Positions 46,802 to 56,835 are shown, numbered from the stretch's first letter. The stretch is DNA of 64,000 bases from an uncultured Solirubrobacteraceae bacterium (GCA_963771255.1 CAVYSO010000002.1:908823-972822); one strand, 5' to 3'. Notes: generated from the sequence alone by a model not told the origin. Made by a program: numbers and translations.

Positions 46802-47599
46802 TCAGCGCGCGGCGACGCCAGACTCGATCTCAGCCTCCTCCTCGGCGAGCAGGCGCGTGGCAAGCACGCCGAGCGCGATCAGCGCGGCACCGACCCACCA
46901 GGGCGCGGTGTCGAGCACCAGCACGAGGATCCCGACGGGCACGAGGTAGCCGGTCAGCGGCAGCACGAGCTCACGCACGGTCGGCGCGGGCTCGGTGCGT
47001 TCGCCATGCTCAATCTCATCGCGCGCGTGGGCCATCTGCGGGTACCACTCGGTGAAGCGCAGCGCGAGGATCAGCGCGGCGATCTGCACAACCCAGTTGG
47101 TCCACATGTTGTCGGGCTGATCGAGTGGGCCGTCGCCGAGGAAGCCGACGACGGCGGTGATCAGGAACGCCCCCGTCCAGACCCACGTGACGCAGTAGTT
47201 GATGCGCATGAACAGCGGCGAGTCCCAGTGGCGCGGGTGGACCGCCTCATGTGTGTACTGCACGGTGAACGGCCGATGCAGCACGATCGAGCCGAGCGCG
47301 ATCAGCGCGATGATCGTGTTCGAGAGGTCGCCCGACCAGCGCTCGAGCCAGTGCCGCGTGACGTCGTCGACGAACAGGCCGATGCCGAACAGGGCGGCGA
47401 AAAAGGCGATGCCGACGACATCGAGCACCATCGGCTTGATCCCGAGGAGCCAGTTGGCGGCGGCGATCGCGAGCGCCGTGAGCAGCGCGAGTCCCGAAGC
47501 AAGCACGAAGCGCTGCGGCCCGACGATCACGGACATCACGATCCATGGAGCGAAGTCAAAGAACGGGCTCGACAGCAGCCCCCGCGCGCGCTCAGCCAT
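46802..47599 (-). CDS. Hypothetical membrane protein (intracellular-septation-like)
   Basis: Several TM helices; RPFT.QY...W.SPLF.RIN...T.VW. Confidence 0.7.
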   Translation of the reverse strand: MAERARGLLSSPFFDFAPWIVMSVIVGPQRFVLASGLALLTALAIAAANWLLGIKPMVLDVVGIAFFAALFGIGLFVDDVTRHWLERWSGDLSNTIIALIALGSIVLHRPFTVQYTHEAVHPRHWDSPLFMRINYCVTWVWTGAFLITAVVGFLGDGPLDQPDNMWTNWVVQIAALILALRFTEWYPQMAHARDEIEHGERTEPAPTVRELVLPLTGYLVPVGILVLVLDTAPWWVGAALIALGVLATRLLAEEEAEIESGVAAR

Positions 47600-47969
47600 C
47601 GCCGGCGAGGCGCGCGACGAGCTCAGCTCCCTCGCGCGCCATACGCGAGCGAGGTATGACCAGGTCGAAGCCGGCCTCGCGGGCGCGCGCGCCAGTCTCG
47701 ACATCGACGTGCGAGTAGAACGCGAGCGTCTTGATCTGATCGAGCAGCCCGTGCTCGTCGAGCGATTCGTGCACGGCGGCGCCGTCGAGCTGCGCGTCGG
47801 TCAGGTCTACGACGAGCACATCTGCCCGCGGCTCCTCAGGCGCGGAGAGCCGCTCGCGTAGCCGCGGCACGTCGCCGATCAGCTCGACATCGTCGCCGGC
47901 CGCGGCCAGCGCTCCCTGCACGCGCGAGCCGAACAGCAGGTCGGGCACGAGCGCCAGCACGCGCGCCAT
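47592..47969 (-). CDS. Stand-alone atypical receiver-like protein
   Basis: RVLALVPDLLF, DVLVVDL, AFYSHVD and A..AG.D.V.PRS. Confidence 0.6.
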   Translation of the reverse strand: MARVLALVPDLLFGSRVQGALAAAGDDVELIGDVPRLRERLSAPEEPRADVLVVDLTDAQLDGAAVHESLDEHGLLDQIKTLAFYSHVDVETGARAREAGFDLVIPRSRMAREGAELVARLAGDG

Positions 47970-47972
47970 CGA

Positions 47973-48335
47973 CTACTGCGCTCGCAGCCTGCGGAACTCC
48001 TCGCGGGCCGACTGCGGGCGCCCCCAGCCGTGCGTGATCTCGGCGCGCCCGCTGCGCGTCTCGCGCACGACGAGCTCGGCCTCGATACCGGCATCGTCGA
48101 GCAGCGCGAGCGTGCCGTGGACGGTCGGCGCCGAGGCGGCGTGGCCGAAGCGATGGGCGATGAGCAGGCGCCAGTGCCAGTCGTGCTTGGAGTAGGGCCG
48201 CGCGTTGCACATCGTCAGATACAGGGCGGCTTCGACGTAGCGCGACTCGTCGGCGATGCGCATGTCGAGCTCGAGGTCCGTCCAGTCGTCGGGCAGCGAG
48301 TCGACGATCTGCTGGAAGGTGTCGGCGAGGCCCAT
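47973..48335 (-). CDS. Hypothetical protein
   Basis: ORF from MGLADTFQQIVDSLPDDW; coupled to the downstream gene. Confidence 0.7.
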   Translation of the reverse strand: MGLADTFQQIVDSLPDDWTDLELDMRIADESRYVEAALYLTMCNARPYSKHDWHWRLLIAHRFGHAASAPTVHGTLALLDDAGIEAELVVRETRSGRAEITHGWGRPQSAREEFRRLRAQ

Positions 48336-48357
48336 TGCCCGCAAGCCTAGCGTGGCT

Positions 48358-49392
48358 ATGCTCGATCTAGTGGCCGCGACAGAGACAAACTCCCGCGCCG
48401 CCGAGGCAGGCGCGCTCGCCGCCGAGCACGGCATCGTGAGCGAGCAATGCGGGCTGCTCGATCGCTCCGAGCGCGGCAAGCTCGCGCTCAGCGGCGCCGG
48501 CGCCGTGGAGTTCCTCAACGGTCAGGTCACGAACGAGCTGGCCGACCTCGCCCCGGGCGAAGGCCGCTACGCGGCGTTCCTCACGCACAAGGGCAAGATG
48601 CTCGGCGACCTGCGCATCCTCGCGACCGGCGAGGGCGCAGCGGAGGCGCCGGCGGAACTGCAGCTCGACACCGAGCGCGTGGCGCTGCAGGAGCTGTTCG
48701 ACATGATCCGCCGCTTCAAGGTCGGCTACGACGTGGAGCTGCACAAGCGCACGCTCGAGCGCGGGCTGCTGTCGCTGATCGGGCCGGAGTCGGACCGCGT
48801 GGCGGGCACGGACGGAGCCGGCGACGCTTCCACGACGCTCGCGTCGGCGGAGCACGCGAACGTGGCGGTCGAGATTGCCGGCATCGCGGCATTGACGATC
48901 CGCACGGACGTCGGCGTCGACCTGCTGTGCGATTCGGCCGACACCGAGCGCTTGCGCGAGGCGCTGCTGGCGCGCGGCGCGCAGGCAGTCTCAGAGCAGG
49001 CGGCTGAATGCGTACGCATCGAACGCGGTCGTCCGCGCTACGGCGTGGACATCGACGCAAGCACGATTCCGCAGGAGGCCGGGCTCAACGAGCGCGCGGT
49101 GAGCTTCACGAAGGGCTGCTACGTCGGCCAGGAGACGGTCGCGCGCCTCTACTACAAGGGCAAGCCCAACCGCCACCTGCGCGGTCTACGGCTGTCGGCG
49201 CCGGTCGAAAGCAGCGCGGAGCTTCGCCTGGGTGAGCGCACGGTGGGACAGCTGGCCAGCGTCGCCATCTCCCCCACGCTCGGGCCGATCGCGCTCGCGC
49301 TCGTACGGCGCGAGGCGGAGCCCGGAGCGAGGGTGCAGGTCGGCGATGCTGACACCAGCGCAGAGGTCCTCGCGCTGCCGTTCCTGTCGTAG
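48358..49392 (+). CDS. ygfZ: YgfZ/GcvT folate-binding protein
   Basis: FLNGQVTN and SFTKGCYVGQE motifs. Confidence 0.9.
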   Translation: MLDLVAATETNSRAAEAGALAAEHGIVSEQCGLLDRSERGKLALSGAGAVEFLNGQVTNELADLAPGEGRYAAFLTHKGKMLGDLRILATGEGAAEAPAELQLDTERVALQELFDMIRRFKVGYDVELHKRTLERGLLSLIGPESDRVAGTDGAGDASTTLASAEHANVAVEIAGIAALTIRTDVGVDLLCDSADTERLREALLARGAQAVSEQAAECVRIERGRPRYGVDIDASTIPQEAGLNERAVSFTKGCYVGQETVARLYYKGKPNRHLRGLRLSAPVESSAELRLGERTVGQLASVAISPTLGPIALALVRREAEPGARVQVGDADTSAEVLALPFLS

Positions 49393-49492
49393 TCGTCCAA
49401 CCGGCCCGGTCTGATCCTCGACCGGTAGGTCTGCAGGTGCGGCTCGTCGCATAGAGTGGAACGATTCGGAGATCCGAGCAGGAGGGGATTGA

Positions 49493-50104
49493 ATGCGACG
49501 GTTGATCCCGGTGGGACTGCTTGCCCTCGCGCTGCCCGCGGCGGCGAGCGCGAACACACAGTGGTTCTACGAACGCCAGCTCATAGCGTCGCGCGAAACT
49601 GCCGAGGTGGCATCGAACAGCACGAAGCTCACGCTGACGCTGAAGGCGCCCAAGAAGAAGGCCGTGAAGATCTCCTGCTCGGCGGGGGGCGTCGAGGCGT
49701 TCTGGAACACGCCGAAGAACGGGATGGACGAAACGCGCTCGATCAGCTTCTTGTGCAGCACTGCATCGTGCGGAAAAGCCACCGTGACTCCACTCCTGCC
49801 GTGGGGCTCAACGCTGCTGGACGGACCGCTCCCGCTGATCGACAGATGGGAAGGCGTCACGCTCGAACTGAGCTGCGGTGGAGTCAACTACGGCAGCTTC
49901 AGCGGCAGTCTCGAAGCGAAGGTGGGCGACGTGGACCCCCCAGGGAAAGACGAGGGCAAGGACGACTTGGACAACACGATCGCCTTCAAGGGCGGCGTGA
50001 ACAAGCCACACCTACAGGCCGCAAACGGCGACTTGCTGTGGTTCTCCGGCTTCTACCGTCTGGGCACCAAGGGCACGGGCGTAAGCGATGAATCGGGCAC
50101 CTGA
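49493..50104 (+). CDS. Secreted hypothetical beta-rich protein
   Basis: Signal peptide MRRLIPVGLLALALPAAASA; four cysteines; GGAGG ribosome binding site. Confidence 0.75.
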   Translation: MRRLIPVGLLALALPAAASANTQWFYERQLIASRETAEVASNSTKLTLTLKAPKKKAVKISCSAGGVEAFWNTPKNGMDETRSISFLCSTASCGKATVTPLLPWGSTLLDGPLPLIDRWEGVTLELSCGGVNYGSFSGSLEAKVGDVDPPGKDEGKDDLDNTIAFKGGVNKPHLQAANGDLLWFSGFYRLGTKGTGVSDESGT

Positions 50105-50228
50105 TCGACGCCACGTAGCCTGACGCTACGCGCGTCTGCACAACTGACCGCACCCCGTTGACGGGTGGACCCTGTCGAGCCGCCTTTCTCGGTCCGCTTC
50201 CGTGATCTCCTCCGCACGAGCGCTACCA

Positions 50229-50250
50229 ATCTGTGATGCACGTCACAGAT
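50229..50250. promoter_or_regulatory. CRP/GlxR-type binding site
   Basis: ATCTGTGA-TGCACG-TCACAGAT contains the exact TGTGA-N6-TCACA; TATAAT at 50271. Confidence 0.7.
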
Positions 50251-50283
50251 GGAAAGGTTATCTTTATATATATAATTAATTAG

Positions 50284-50793
50284 ATGCAATCAATTTCGCC
50301 ACCCGCCGAGGCCACGCGCGACGCGCTCACTAGCGACATGTACGCACTCGCCAGCTACCTCATGCGCAGCGCCAACGTGGGCACGTTCAAGAAGATCGGC
50401 GAGCTCGACCTGTCGTTCACGCAGCTGAAGGCGCTGTGCGTGCTCGAGTCCGACGACGACGGCCAAGGGCGCTCCGTGAAGGCGCTCGCCGAGTCGCTCG
50501 GCGTCTCGCTTCCCGCGATGAGCCGTGCCGTCGACGGACTGTTCGAGCGTGGTTTCGTCAGGCGCGAGGAGGACACCGTCGATCGGCGGATGAAGCGCGT
50601 GCGCCTGACCGATGCCGGCCGCGCCGCGCCGCTCGCGCTCAACGAGGCGCGCCTCTCTGCGCTGCATGAGCTGATGGACTCGCTCGACGACGAGCAGGCC
50701 GAAGCGCTCGCTCGCGCGCTCGAGCTGATCCTGGGACGCCGCGAGGAGATTGCCGCCTACCGACCAACCGACGAAAGAGCCGCACATGACTGA
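50284..50793 (+). CDS. MarR family regulator (probably leaderless)
   Basis: LSFTQ.KAL, SRAVD.L..RG.V.R..D..DRR.K.V.LT..G; TATAAT ends 8 nt before the ATG. Confidence 0.92.
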   Translation: MQSISPPAEATRDALTSDMYALASYLMRSANVGTFKKIGELDLSFTQLKALCVLESDDDGQGRSVKALAESLGVSLPAMSRAVDGLFERGFVRREEDTVDRRMKRVRLTDAGRAAPLALNEARLSALHELMDSLDDEQAEALARALELILGRREEIAAYRPTDERAAHD

Positions 50794-52420
50794 GCGAATC
50801 CGGGCCCTGCAGATGCATGACGGCAACCGCCGCTGGTGGGCGCTTGGGGCGATGTGCTTCGCCCTCTTCATGATCATGCTCGACAACACGGTCGTCAACG
50901 TCGCGCTGCCCTCAATTCAGCGCAGCCTGAACGCCTCGACCTCCTCGCTCGAGTGGACCGTCAACGCCTACACGCTTTCCTTCGCCGTGCTGCTCGTTAC
51001 CGGCGGTCGCCTCGGCGACCTGTTCGGGCGGCGCAAAATCTTCCTCGCCGGCGTCGTCATCTTCGCCTCTTCGAGCGCCGCCATCGGCTTCTCCCCCAGC
51101 GATACCTGGCTCGTCGCCTGGCGCGCCGTGCAGGGCGTCGGCTCCGCGCTGATGATGCCCGCCACGCTGTCGATCATCACCAACGCCTTTCCGCCCGAGG
51201 AGCGCGGCAAGGCGATCGGCACTTGGGCCGGCGTCTCCGCGATGGCGCTCGCCATCGGCCCCGTCGTCGGCGGCTTCCTCGTCGAGTCCGTCAGCTGGCA
51301 GTCGATCTTCTTCCTCAACCTGCCCGTCGCCGTCGGCGCCGTCGTGATCGCCCTGTTCGCCGTGCGCGAGTCGCGCGACGAGACCGTCGAGCGCTCCGTC
51401 GACATCCCCGGCGTACTGACGCTGACGACCGGCCTCGCCGCGCTCGTGCTCGCGCTCGTCGAGGGCAACGGCTGGGGCTGGGGCTCGGGGCTCGAGCTCG
51501 CCATGTTCGCGCTCGCCGCCGTCGGCCTCACCGCCTTCGCGCTCGTCGAGCGCCGCCGCGCGGTGCCGATGGTCGACTTCAGCTTCTTCCGCTCGCGCAC
51601 CTTCCTCGGCGCCAACATCGTCGCCTTCATCGTCAGCTTCGCGATGCTCGCGATGTTCTTCTTCCTCGCCCTCTACATGCAGAACATCCGCGGCTACTCG
51701 CCGCTGCAGGCCGGCGTGCGCTTCCTGCCCTCGACCGTGATGATCATCATCATCGCCCCGCTCGCCGGGCGCCTGGCCGACCGCGTCGGCTCGCGGCCGC
51801 TGATCACCTTCGGCCTGCTCGCCGTCTCCGGCGCGCTGTTCTGGCAGTCGCACCTGACCGTCTCAAGCGGCTACGGCGCGCTCTTGCCCGGCTTCATGCT
51901 GATGGGCGTCGGCATGGGCTTCGTGATGTCACCCATGAGCCTCGCCGCAATGAACGCTGTCGACCGCGCCAAGGCCGGCGTCGCCTCCGGCATCCTCTCG
52001 ATGAACCGGATGGTCGGCGGCACCTTCGGCGTCGCTATCCTCGGCGCGCTCGTCGCCACGCTCGGGCGCTCGAAGATCGACGAACTGCTGCCGCGGCTGC
52101 CCGACGCCGCCCGCGGCAAGCTCGCCGACGGCCTCGGCTCAGGCGGCGTCGCGCGTGGCATTCCCGCGCACGTGATCGAAGCCTCCCAGCGCGCCTTCGT
52201 CTACGCATTGCACTACGGCCTTCTGCTCGGCTCCGCCGTCGCGCTGCTCGGGGCGCTCGCAGCGTTCACACTGATCCGTAAGCGCGCTGACGAGCTCCCC
52301 GACGCTGCCGGCATCGCCGAGCCCGAGGCGTCCAGCGGCCCCGGCCGCGAGCTCGCCGGCTCTGGCGCGGCATCCCCGCAGGACACCGAGCGTTTGCGCG
52401 AGCCAGTCGCGGCCGGCTAG
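50786..52420 (+). CDS. MFS transporter, EmrB/QacA (DHA2)
   Basis: LDNTVVNVALP, GRLGDLFGRR and W.SIFFLNLP motifs. Confidence 0.93.
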   Translation: MTERIRALQMHDGNRRWWALGAMCFALFMIMLDNTVVNVALPSIQRSLNASTSSLEWTVNAYTLSFAVLLVTGGRLGDLFGRRKIFLAGVVIFASSSAAIGFSPSDTWLVAWRAVQGVGSALMMPATLSIITNAFPPEERGKAIGTWAGVSAMALAIGPVVGGFLVESVSWQSIFFLNLPVAVGAVVIALFAVRESRDETVERSVDIPGVLTLTTGLAALVLALVEGNGWGWGSGLELAMFALAAVGLTAFALVERRRAVPMVDFSFFRSRTFLGANIVAFIVSFAMLAMFFFLALYMQNIRGYSPLQAGVRFLPSTVMIIIIAPLAGRLADRVGSRPLITFGLLAVSGALFWQSHLTVSSGYGALLPGFMLMGVGMGFVMSPMSLAAMNAVDRAKAGVASGILSMNRMVGGTFGVAILGALVATLGRSKIDELLPRLPDAARGKLADGLGSGGVARGIPAHVIEASQRAFVYALHYGLLLGSAVALLGALAAFTLIRKRADELPDAAGIAEPEASSGPGRELAGSGAASPQDTERLREPVAAG

Positions 52421-52836
52421 ATCGCCGGTCGGCCGTCCTCGCCCGAGAGTCCCGCCGCGCGCAAAGCCTCCTCCGGATCGGCGTAGTTCTGTATCCGCAC
52501 GATCTTTCCCTCGCGCATCGTCCAGACCAGGCCATTGCACATCTCGACTGCCGGGCCGGCCGACCTCGTCCGCCCGCGCTGGCTGACGATCGTCACCACC
52601 CGGTCTCCCGCGTCGTGCATCGACTCGACCTCGTACTCCCAGTCGAACACCCTGCTCCACTCCTCGAGGAAGCGACGCATCCCGTCGACGCCCTCGTAGA
52701 TGGCCTGCTCAGGCCAGCCGCGGTAGTTGCTCATGTCCCATACGAAATCGGACGCATAGGACTCCGTTAGGTGATTGCCGGTCGTCTCGTAGAAAGCGAG
52801 GACGCGCCGCAGGATGTTGACGTTCTCCTCGGACAT
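52417..52836 (-). CDS. SnoaL/NTF2-like protein
   Basis: MSEENV..LRR, DAGDRVV, W.MREGKIVR and EALRAAGL motifs. Confidence 0.85.
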   Translation of the reverse strand: MSEENVNILRRVLAFYETTGNHLTESYASDFVWDMSNYRGWPEQAIYEGVDGMRRFLEEWSRVFDWEYEVESMHDAGDRVVTIVSQRGRTRSAGPAVEMCNGLVWTMREGKIVRIQNYADPEEALRAAGLSGEDGRPAI

Positions 52837-52901
52837 CGTCGTCGATTATCCCAGCAGTTGGGACACGTAGGACCTGCGGCGTCCTGACAGGCTCTCCCGC
52901 T

Positions 52902-55034
52902 CTAGCGGACGATCGTGAAGCTGAGCGTGCTCGTACGCGAGCGCTTGCCCGCCGCCGTGGCGGTCACGAGCAGCTTGTAGGTGCCCGGCTTCAGCTTCTT
53001 GCGCTTGGAGATCAGGCCCTGGAAGCGCACTTTGTTCGTGCCGGCGTGCGCCGCGAACGTCAGCACACCCGCGGTCACGGTGCGTTTGCAGCGACGCTTG
53101 TGCTTGTTCTTCGGCGTCTGCGCGACGCAGCGTTTGCCGGCCTTGCGACCCGGCGCGGGCTTCGTGAACGTGAACGCAACCCGCGCCGCCTGATCCAGCT
53201 TGAAAGAGAACGTCGTACCGACCGGGAGCTTCTTCTTGCCCTTGGCCCGGATCGAACTCAGCTGCGCGAGCGTGGTGCCCTCGCGCCAGGTCTTGTTCGT
53301 CTGCCCCAGGCTCGACAGCGTTGGCGCCAGCGGCGGCTGCGGATGCGAGGACAGGATCACCGGCGGGCACGAGGGCGTCGGGTAGGCGTACTCGGCGGCA
53401 CCGATGTCCACCACCGCGGCCGGGCTCGTACCGCAGAGGATCGGGCCGAGCACGCGGGGGCCGCCGAAGGTGTCCGTGCCAACGCCCGCCGGAATCAGCG
53501 CGTTCGAGCCGCGCTCCAAGGTCGGGCTCGCTGCACTCTCGCGCACGTCCGCGCTGCCAGGGCCAGGCCCAAGCAGCAGCGGGTCAGCGCAGATGTTGCC
53601 CGCGCCAGCGAACGGCGCTACTCCCGAGCAGACGTCGCTGTAGGTCGCGCTCACGCCCGCGAGGCCCTGGAAGCCGCCGAGCTCCGGGCCGCCGCTGTCG
53701 CCGAATACGATCGTGTTCGTCAGGCCGAGCTCGTCGTGGGGACCGCCGCTGATCCCGGCGACTCGTCCGCTCGCGCCCGAGACGACGTTGCCCGCGACGG
53801 TCGAGTCGTTCAGCTGCAGCGTTGCGTACGCGTTCGGGCAGACGAAGCCGACGTAGATGCCCGCCCCGTTCGCGCTCGGGCCGCTCTGCAGCGTGTTGCC
53901 CGCCACGACCGCGTCTGTCAGCGTCGACGTGACGTTCGGGACCGTGGGCGGTGCTTCGCCCGTGTCGCCGCACTGCGCCACCGAGAGGCCCGCGCCCCAG
54001 CCGAAGACTTTTTTCGCTTCCGCGTTTTCCGCCGCACTCGGCGACTGCAGCGTGTCGTTCGTAAAGCGATCGCCCGTGCTCTGCAGTTCGACGTGCGTCG
54101 TCGACTCGCCGCCGCCCATCGCCATGATCGGCGCCGCTTTGAAGCTCACACTGTTGCCGTCGAACGTGTTGCCCTGCTGGACTGCGCGGACTGGTATCGC
54201 GGCCTCACCCTGCAGAGAGAGTCCGCCGCCGAGGTAGCCGCGCAGGTCTTTGTTCGTCCCGGCCGGGTCGGAGACGCTGTTGTGGCTGAACGTGTTGCCG
54301 CTCAGCGAGAACCCGACCCCTTCCGCCTCCGCGGCTAGCAGCGCTCCGCCACCCTCGTTTTTTGCCGAGTTGTCGCTGAACTGCGAGCTCGCGAGCGTGA
54401 CCGCACCACCGAGCGTGAAAGCGAACAGAGCCCCACCGCTGGCTTCCGCGCCCGTGACCGAGTTGCCTGTGAACGTGTCGCCGCTCAGGTGCGCGCTCGT
54501 CGCGTAGATCGCGAGTGCACCGGAGCCGACCGCTGCACTGTTGGCGCTGAATGTCGAATCCGTAACGGTTACGACCGCGCTTATGGTGTTGATCCGCGCG
54601 CCGCCGCCTTCGCCGCCGCTCGCGACATCGTTGACGAACGTGTCGCGCGCCAGCGTCACCGTCGAGCCTTCCGGGGCTAGGTTGAGGGTCAGTGCGCCGC
54701 CGCTGTTCGCGGCCGTGCTGTGCGCGTTCTCAAAGATCAGCCCTTCGATCGTGGGCGCGCCACCGCTGCCTTCGAGCTGGACGGTGTTGGTGCCGCCGTC
54801 GAAGCCCGCCCCGGGCGTGCCCGCGAGCGTCATCTGTACAGGGGGCAGTTTGTAGGGAAAGCCGCTTTTGCAGAGTTCGCTCAGCGTCACCTTGTCGCCC
54901 GCTTTGGCCCCCGTCAGCGCGCTCTGAAGACCGGCGCAGTTGACCGTCGATTCCACCGCGAGCGCAGGCGAGGCGAGCAGCCCCAGCGCGAGCGCGAGTA
55001 TCGCTACGACCAACACCCCCGGTTGCCTGGCCAT
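52902..55034 (-). CDS. Secreted beta-helix protein with choice-of-anchor-Q-like motif and basic C-terminal domain
   Basis: Signal peptide; F..N....GG(A/G) repeats; GNI.ADPLL...SP....G...D..G.PR...DIGA.EY. Confidence 0.8.
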   Translation of the reverse strand: MARQPGVLVVAILALALGLLASPALAVESTVNCAGLQSALTGAKAGDKVTLSELCKSGFPYKLPPVQMTLAGTPGAGFDGGTNTVQLEGSGGAPTIEGLIFENAHSTAANSGGALTLNLAPEGSTVTLARDTFVNDVASGGEGGGARINTISAVVTVTDSTFSANSAAVGSGALAIYATSAHLSGDTFTGNSVTGAEASGGALFAFTLGGAVTLASSQFSDNSAKNEGGGALLAAEAEGVGFSLSGNTFSHNSVSDPAGTNKDLRGYLGGGLSLQGEAAIPVRAVQQGNTFDGNSVSFKAAPIMAMGGGESTTHVELQSTGDRFTNDTLQSPSAAENAEAKKVFGWGAGLSVAQCGDTGEAPPTVPNVTSTLTDAVVAGNTLQSGPSANGAGIYVGFVCPNAYATLQLNDSTVAGNVVSGASGRVAGISGGPHDELGLTNTIVFGDSGGPELGGFQGLAGVSATYSDVCSGVAPFAGAGNICADPLLLGPGPGSADVRESAASPTLERGSNALIPAGVGTDTFGGPRVLGPILCGTSPAAVVDIGAAEYAYPTPSCPPVILSSHPQPPLAPTLSSLGQTNKTWREGTTLAQLSSIRAKGKKKLPVGTTFSFKLDQAARVAFTFTKPAPGRKAGKRCVAQTPKNKHKRRCKRTVTAGVLTFAAHAGTNKVRFQGLISKRKKLKPGTYKLLVTATAAGKRSRTSTLSFTIVR

Positions 55035-55195
55035 CTCGCGCAACCTACAACACGCTGCGGGCGCGATCGTCCGAACGTCCAGCCAGGCCACTTGCGGGCC
55101 GAGTGGCCTCGGCGGAAGTGGCCCCACCCCCTCCCCGCCGGCCGGGTAGGATGGCGGGCGCAACTTGTTCCCTAACACGCGAGGTTCATCGGCCA

Positions 55196-56452
55196 GTGGC
55201 ACTCGACCTGCAGCAAGTATCCGACGTCAGCACCGAGCCCGGCGAGCTGCCGAAGACGATGGCCGCCTGGGTGATCCGCGAGGAGCGCCAGGGCGAACCG
55301 AAGGACGCCTTCCAGGTCGAGGAGATCGAGGTCCCCGAGCCGGGCGCCTTCGAGGTGATCGTGCGCGTGATGGCCGCCGGCGTCAACTACAACAACGTGT
55401 GGGCCGCGCTGGGCGAGCCGGTCGGCGTGTGGCGCTACGGCGACCACCCCGAGTACGGTCACCACATCGGCGGCTCGGACGCCTCTGGCGTCGTCTGGAA
55501 GGTCGGCGCCGGCGTGACCCGCTGGAAGCCGGGCGACGAGGTCGTCGTGCACTGCAACCAGGCCTCCTACGAGGACCCCGAGGTGCACGGCCTGGACCCG
55601 ATGGCCGCGCCCTCGCAGAAGATCTGGGGCTATGAGACGACGTGGGGCTCCTTCGCTCAGTTCACGAAGGTGCAGGCCCAGCAGCTGCTGCCCAAGCCGC
55701 ACGCGCTGACCTGGGAGGAGGCCGCCTCCTACGGCCTCGTCTACTTCACCGCCTACCGCATGCTGATCACGCGCTGCAAGATCCAGGCCGGCGCCAACGT
55801 GCTGATCTGGGGCGCCGCCGGCGGGCTCGGCGTGTTCGCAACGCAGCTCTGCGCGGCCGCGGGCGCGCACTGCGTCGGCGTCGTCTCCTCCGCAGAGAAG
55901 GGCGAGCTCGTCAAGCGCCTCGGCGCCGTCGACTACATCGACCGCGCCGAGTTCACGGGGATGATGCGCACCGGCAAGGAGACCCCCGAGGAGGAGAAGG
56001 CCCGCTTCGGCGTCTCGCGCGAATTCGCCAAGCGCGTCAAGGGCATCCTCGGCGACGCCCCCGACATCGTCTTCGAGCACGTCGGCAAGGCGACCTTCCC
56101 GACCTCCGTATTCACCGTCAAGCCGTTCGGCAAGGTCGTGATCTGCGCCGGCACGACCGGCTACAACCTCGACTTCGACGTGCGCTACCTGTGGATGAAG
56201 CAGAAGGAGATCGTCGGCTCGCACTTCGCCAACGCGTATGAGTGCATGAAGGCCAACGAGCTGATCGAGTCCGGGCAGATCCGCCCCGTGCTGTGGCGCA
56301 CGCTCGGCTTCGACGGCGTCGCCGAAGCGCACCAGCTGATGCTCGAAAACAAGCACCTCGGCAAGATCTCGATCCTCGTCGGCGCCGAGAACGAGGGCGA
56401 GGGCAAGACGGCCGACGGCCCCGGCGCGATCCACGCGGAGGTGGGCGCCTAG
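55196..56452 (+). CDS. ccrA: Crotonyl-CoA carboxylase/reductase
   Basis: VMAAGVNYN.VWA, HIGGSDASG.VW, IWGYET..GSFAQF, VFEH.G..TF and RYLWM.QK...GSHFAN motifs. Confidence 0.92.
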   Translation: MALDLQQVSDVSTEPGELPKTMAAWVIREERQGEPKDAFQVEEIEVPEPGAFEVIVRVMAAGVNYNNVWAALGEPVGVWRYGDHPEYGHHIGGSDASGVVWKVGAGVTRWKPGDEVVVHCNQASYEDPEVHGLDPMAAPSQKIWGYETTWGSFAQFTKVQAQQLLPKPHALTWEEAASYGLVYFTAYRMLITRCKIQAGANVLIWGAAGGLGVFATQLCAAAGAHCVGVVSSAEKGELVKRLGAVDYIDRAEFTGMMRTGKETPEEEKARFGVSREFAKRVKGILGDAPDIVFEHVGKATFPTSVFTVKPFGKVVICAGTTGYNLDFDVRYLWMKQKEIVGSHFANAYECMKANELIESGQIRPVLWRTLGFDGVAEAHQLMLENKHLGKISILVGAENEGEGKTADGPGAIHAEVGA

Positions 56453-56835
56453 TGGCTGGCACCGTAATCGTCCCGTGGTACGCCACGGGCTTTCGCGCAG
56501 ACGCCTTCGAGCAGGAGCTCGAGCCGGTCGCCGCCGCGGCGCTGCGCTACGGCGCGACCTCCTACGCCGTCTATCGCGCGCGCGACGACCGCTACAAGTT
56601 CCAGCAGTTCGCGACCTTCGAGCACCACCTGCAGTGGGACCGCTACTGGGCCGGCCCGGAGATGACGCACTTCCGCACGGTGCACATGAGCTGGTACCAG
56701 GTGCCCGTGCTCTACGGGTGGTGGGACAAGACGGCCGGCGGTGAGATCCACACCGACGCCGCCGGCCCAGCCGGCAACGGCCACGGTCACGCCAACGGCG
56801 CGCCGCACGGCGTCGTCGAGGGCGAGTCCGCCTAA
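56452..56835 (+). CDS. Hypothetical protein coupled to ccrA (possible dimeric alpha+beta barrel)
   Basis: GTG start overlaps the ccrA stop; PWYATGFR...YR..DD.YKF.Q...W..YW. Confidence 0.7.
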   Translation: MAGTVIVPWYATGFRADAFEQELEPVAAAALRYGATSYAVYRARDDRYKFQQFATFEHHLQWDRYWAGPEMTHFRTVHMSWYQVPVLYGWWDKTAGGEIHTDAAGPAGNGHGHANGAPHGVVEGESA

